From the NCBI GenBank assembly GCA_023399035.1, contig JAEWQX010000144.1, positions 255 through 64,254 on the forward strand: a stretch of DNA of 64,000 nucleotides. Reading direction: 5' to 3'. Under the pieces are notes generated by a model. That model was not told the origin of the DNA and did not search any database. It saw only the letters and a program-made list of their open reading frames with translations. The translations under genes were made by a program, and so were the position numbers. Shown piece by piece: positions 63,055-64,000 of this stretch; position 1 is the first letter of the stretch, and every line of letters begins with the position of its first letter. Origin of the DNA: Bacillota bacterium (GTDB lineage: Bacteria > Bacillota > Clostridia > Clostridiales > Clostridiaceae).

Positions 63055-63256
63055 AGGACATACCTCCTTTATAAAATATATATATGAATTAAGCCGGTAA
63101 GTTATTAATAAGAATAATTAAAATATTAAGAGTGAAATAAGAGAGAAGTTATAAGACATAATAGTAAAAGTAAATGCAGATTATATGAAATAGGAAAGAA
63201 TAAAAAATAATTAAATGGAAATGATTAGTAATAAGAATTTAGGGAGGAGATCTATT

Positions 63257-63712
63257 ATGAAAAGAATTTACTTCGCTTTAATATTTATAACTGTTATTGT
63301 TAATATGTATTTGATTTTCTTGTGGAAGCCAAATTTAAGTGCAGAAGATATTCCTGTAACTTCATATGGAAGTAATAACAGCAGTTATAGCAGCACTTAT
63401 GATATAGTAGAGAGCAGTCCTGATTATAAGGATTATGAATCAAATGAAGTCTCATTTTATTTTAATGAAGATGAGAAGATAGAGAACTTAAGTGAGGATG
63501 ATATGAATGCTCTTAATAATATACTGAGTAAGTTATCTACTAGTGATCTGGCAAAATGGATAGATTTAAAGAATGATGAAAATAACGATACATTGATAGA
63601 ATTCTTCAGGATAGTACAAAGGAGAATGAGTAACGATGACTATGGAAAAGTAAAGGGTATACTAGGCAAAATAATAGATATAGATAAATTAGAAATGACA
63701 TTAAAAAAATAA
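63257..63712 (+). CDS. Hypothetical membrane-anchored protein
   Basis: SD GGGAGG before ATG 63257; N-terminal TM, S/Y-rich linker, helical C-terminal domain. Confidence 0.7.
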   Translation: MKRIYFALIFITVIVNMYLIFLWKPNLSAEDIPVTSYGSNNSSYSSTYDIVESSPDYKDYESNEVSFYFNEDEKIENLSEDDMNALNNILSKLSTSDLAKWIDLKNDENNDTLIEFFRIVQRRMSNDDYGKVKGILGKIIDIDKLEMTLKK

Positions 63713-63797
63713 ATATGTTTACTATACAAAACTGGAGGAAAAAAGAGTATTATAGAGTATTACAAGGATAATTTAGTGTAAAAGCATTAAATGGTAG

Positions 63798-63826
63798 TTG
63801 AAATATAATGCTGTTGAATATATACT
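63798..63826 (+). promoter_or_regulatory. SigmaA promoter of tRNA cluster
   Basis: TTGAAA-N17-TATACT. Confidence 0.7.
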
Positions 63827-63887
63827 AGTTTTTGTCGAGTGGTGCTGACGAGGCAACGCAAGACAAGAGAAAAGAAAAACAAAAAAT

Positions 63888-63971
63888 GGAGGAATTCCCG
63901 AGTGGCCAAAGGGGGCAGACTGTAAATCTGTTGCGTTAGCTTCGATGGTTCGAATCCATCTTCCTCCACCA
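63888..63971 (+). tRNA. tRNA-Tyr(GTA)
   Basis: Acceptor GGAGGAA/TTCCTCC, anticodon arm GCAGA-CTGTAAA-TCTGT, long variable arm, GATGG-TTCGAAT-CCATC, encoded CCA. Confidence 0.96.
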
Positions 63972-63980
63972 GTTTTTAAT

Positions 63981-64000
63981 GGGCGCATAGCTCAGCTGGG
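63981..64000 (+). tRNA. 5' part of a second tRNA (Val-like), truncated by window edge
   Basis: GGGCGCATAGCTCAGCTGGG: acceptor 5' strand plus D-arm; anticodon not in window. Confidence 0.75.

Noticed and set aside
63773..63988. Short minus-strand ORFs at the right end
   Set aside because: They are the reverse complement of tRNA-Tyr and its promoter.

Overview
Low-GC Clostridium chromosomal segment. Gene order and content suggest the C. butyricum / C. beijerinckii / group II C. botulinum neighbourhood (inference, no database search). Most genes are on the + strand. No prophage, intact transposase or CRISPR array is visible. Content in order: the likely 3' end of a tRNA, polysaccharide deacetylase, tldD-tldE, LTA synthase, a RusA-like gene, tsaD, htrA; a spore-coat block (2 GT4 glycosyltransferases, 4 CotS-like genes, yabG, veg, sipL) followed by cyanophycin cphB-cphA; ispE-spoIIR, pyrG, rho, rpmE, tdk, a DUF1385-PrmC fusion, prfA, sua5, rpiB, upp, wecB, thlA; the atpIBEFHAGDC operon; murA, spoIID, spoIIQ-like, spoIIID, mbl, yyaC; and the start of a tRNA cluster. 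Best leads: (1) a hairpin that would hide the spoIIR RBS only on vegetative read-through RNA, because its 5' arm lies inside the sigmaF-like promoter, with a related hairpin at yyaC; (2) a ~90-nt minus-strand sRNA between veg and sipL with its own promoter, terminator and anti-SD motifs; (3) a stand-alone DnaA-domain-IV-like protein before pyrG; (4) a membrane-tethered PrmC fusion with a possible internal start; (5) an N/S-rich prion-like insert in Rho; (6) a RusA variant lacking one catalytic Asp and carrying a ClpX-like Zn finger; (7) a heptamer-repeat Y-shaped palindrome between rpiB and upp. All calls come from reading motifs by eye.
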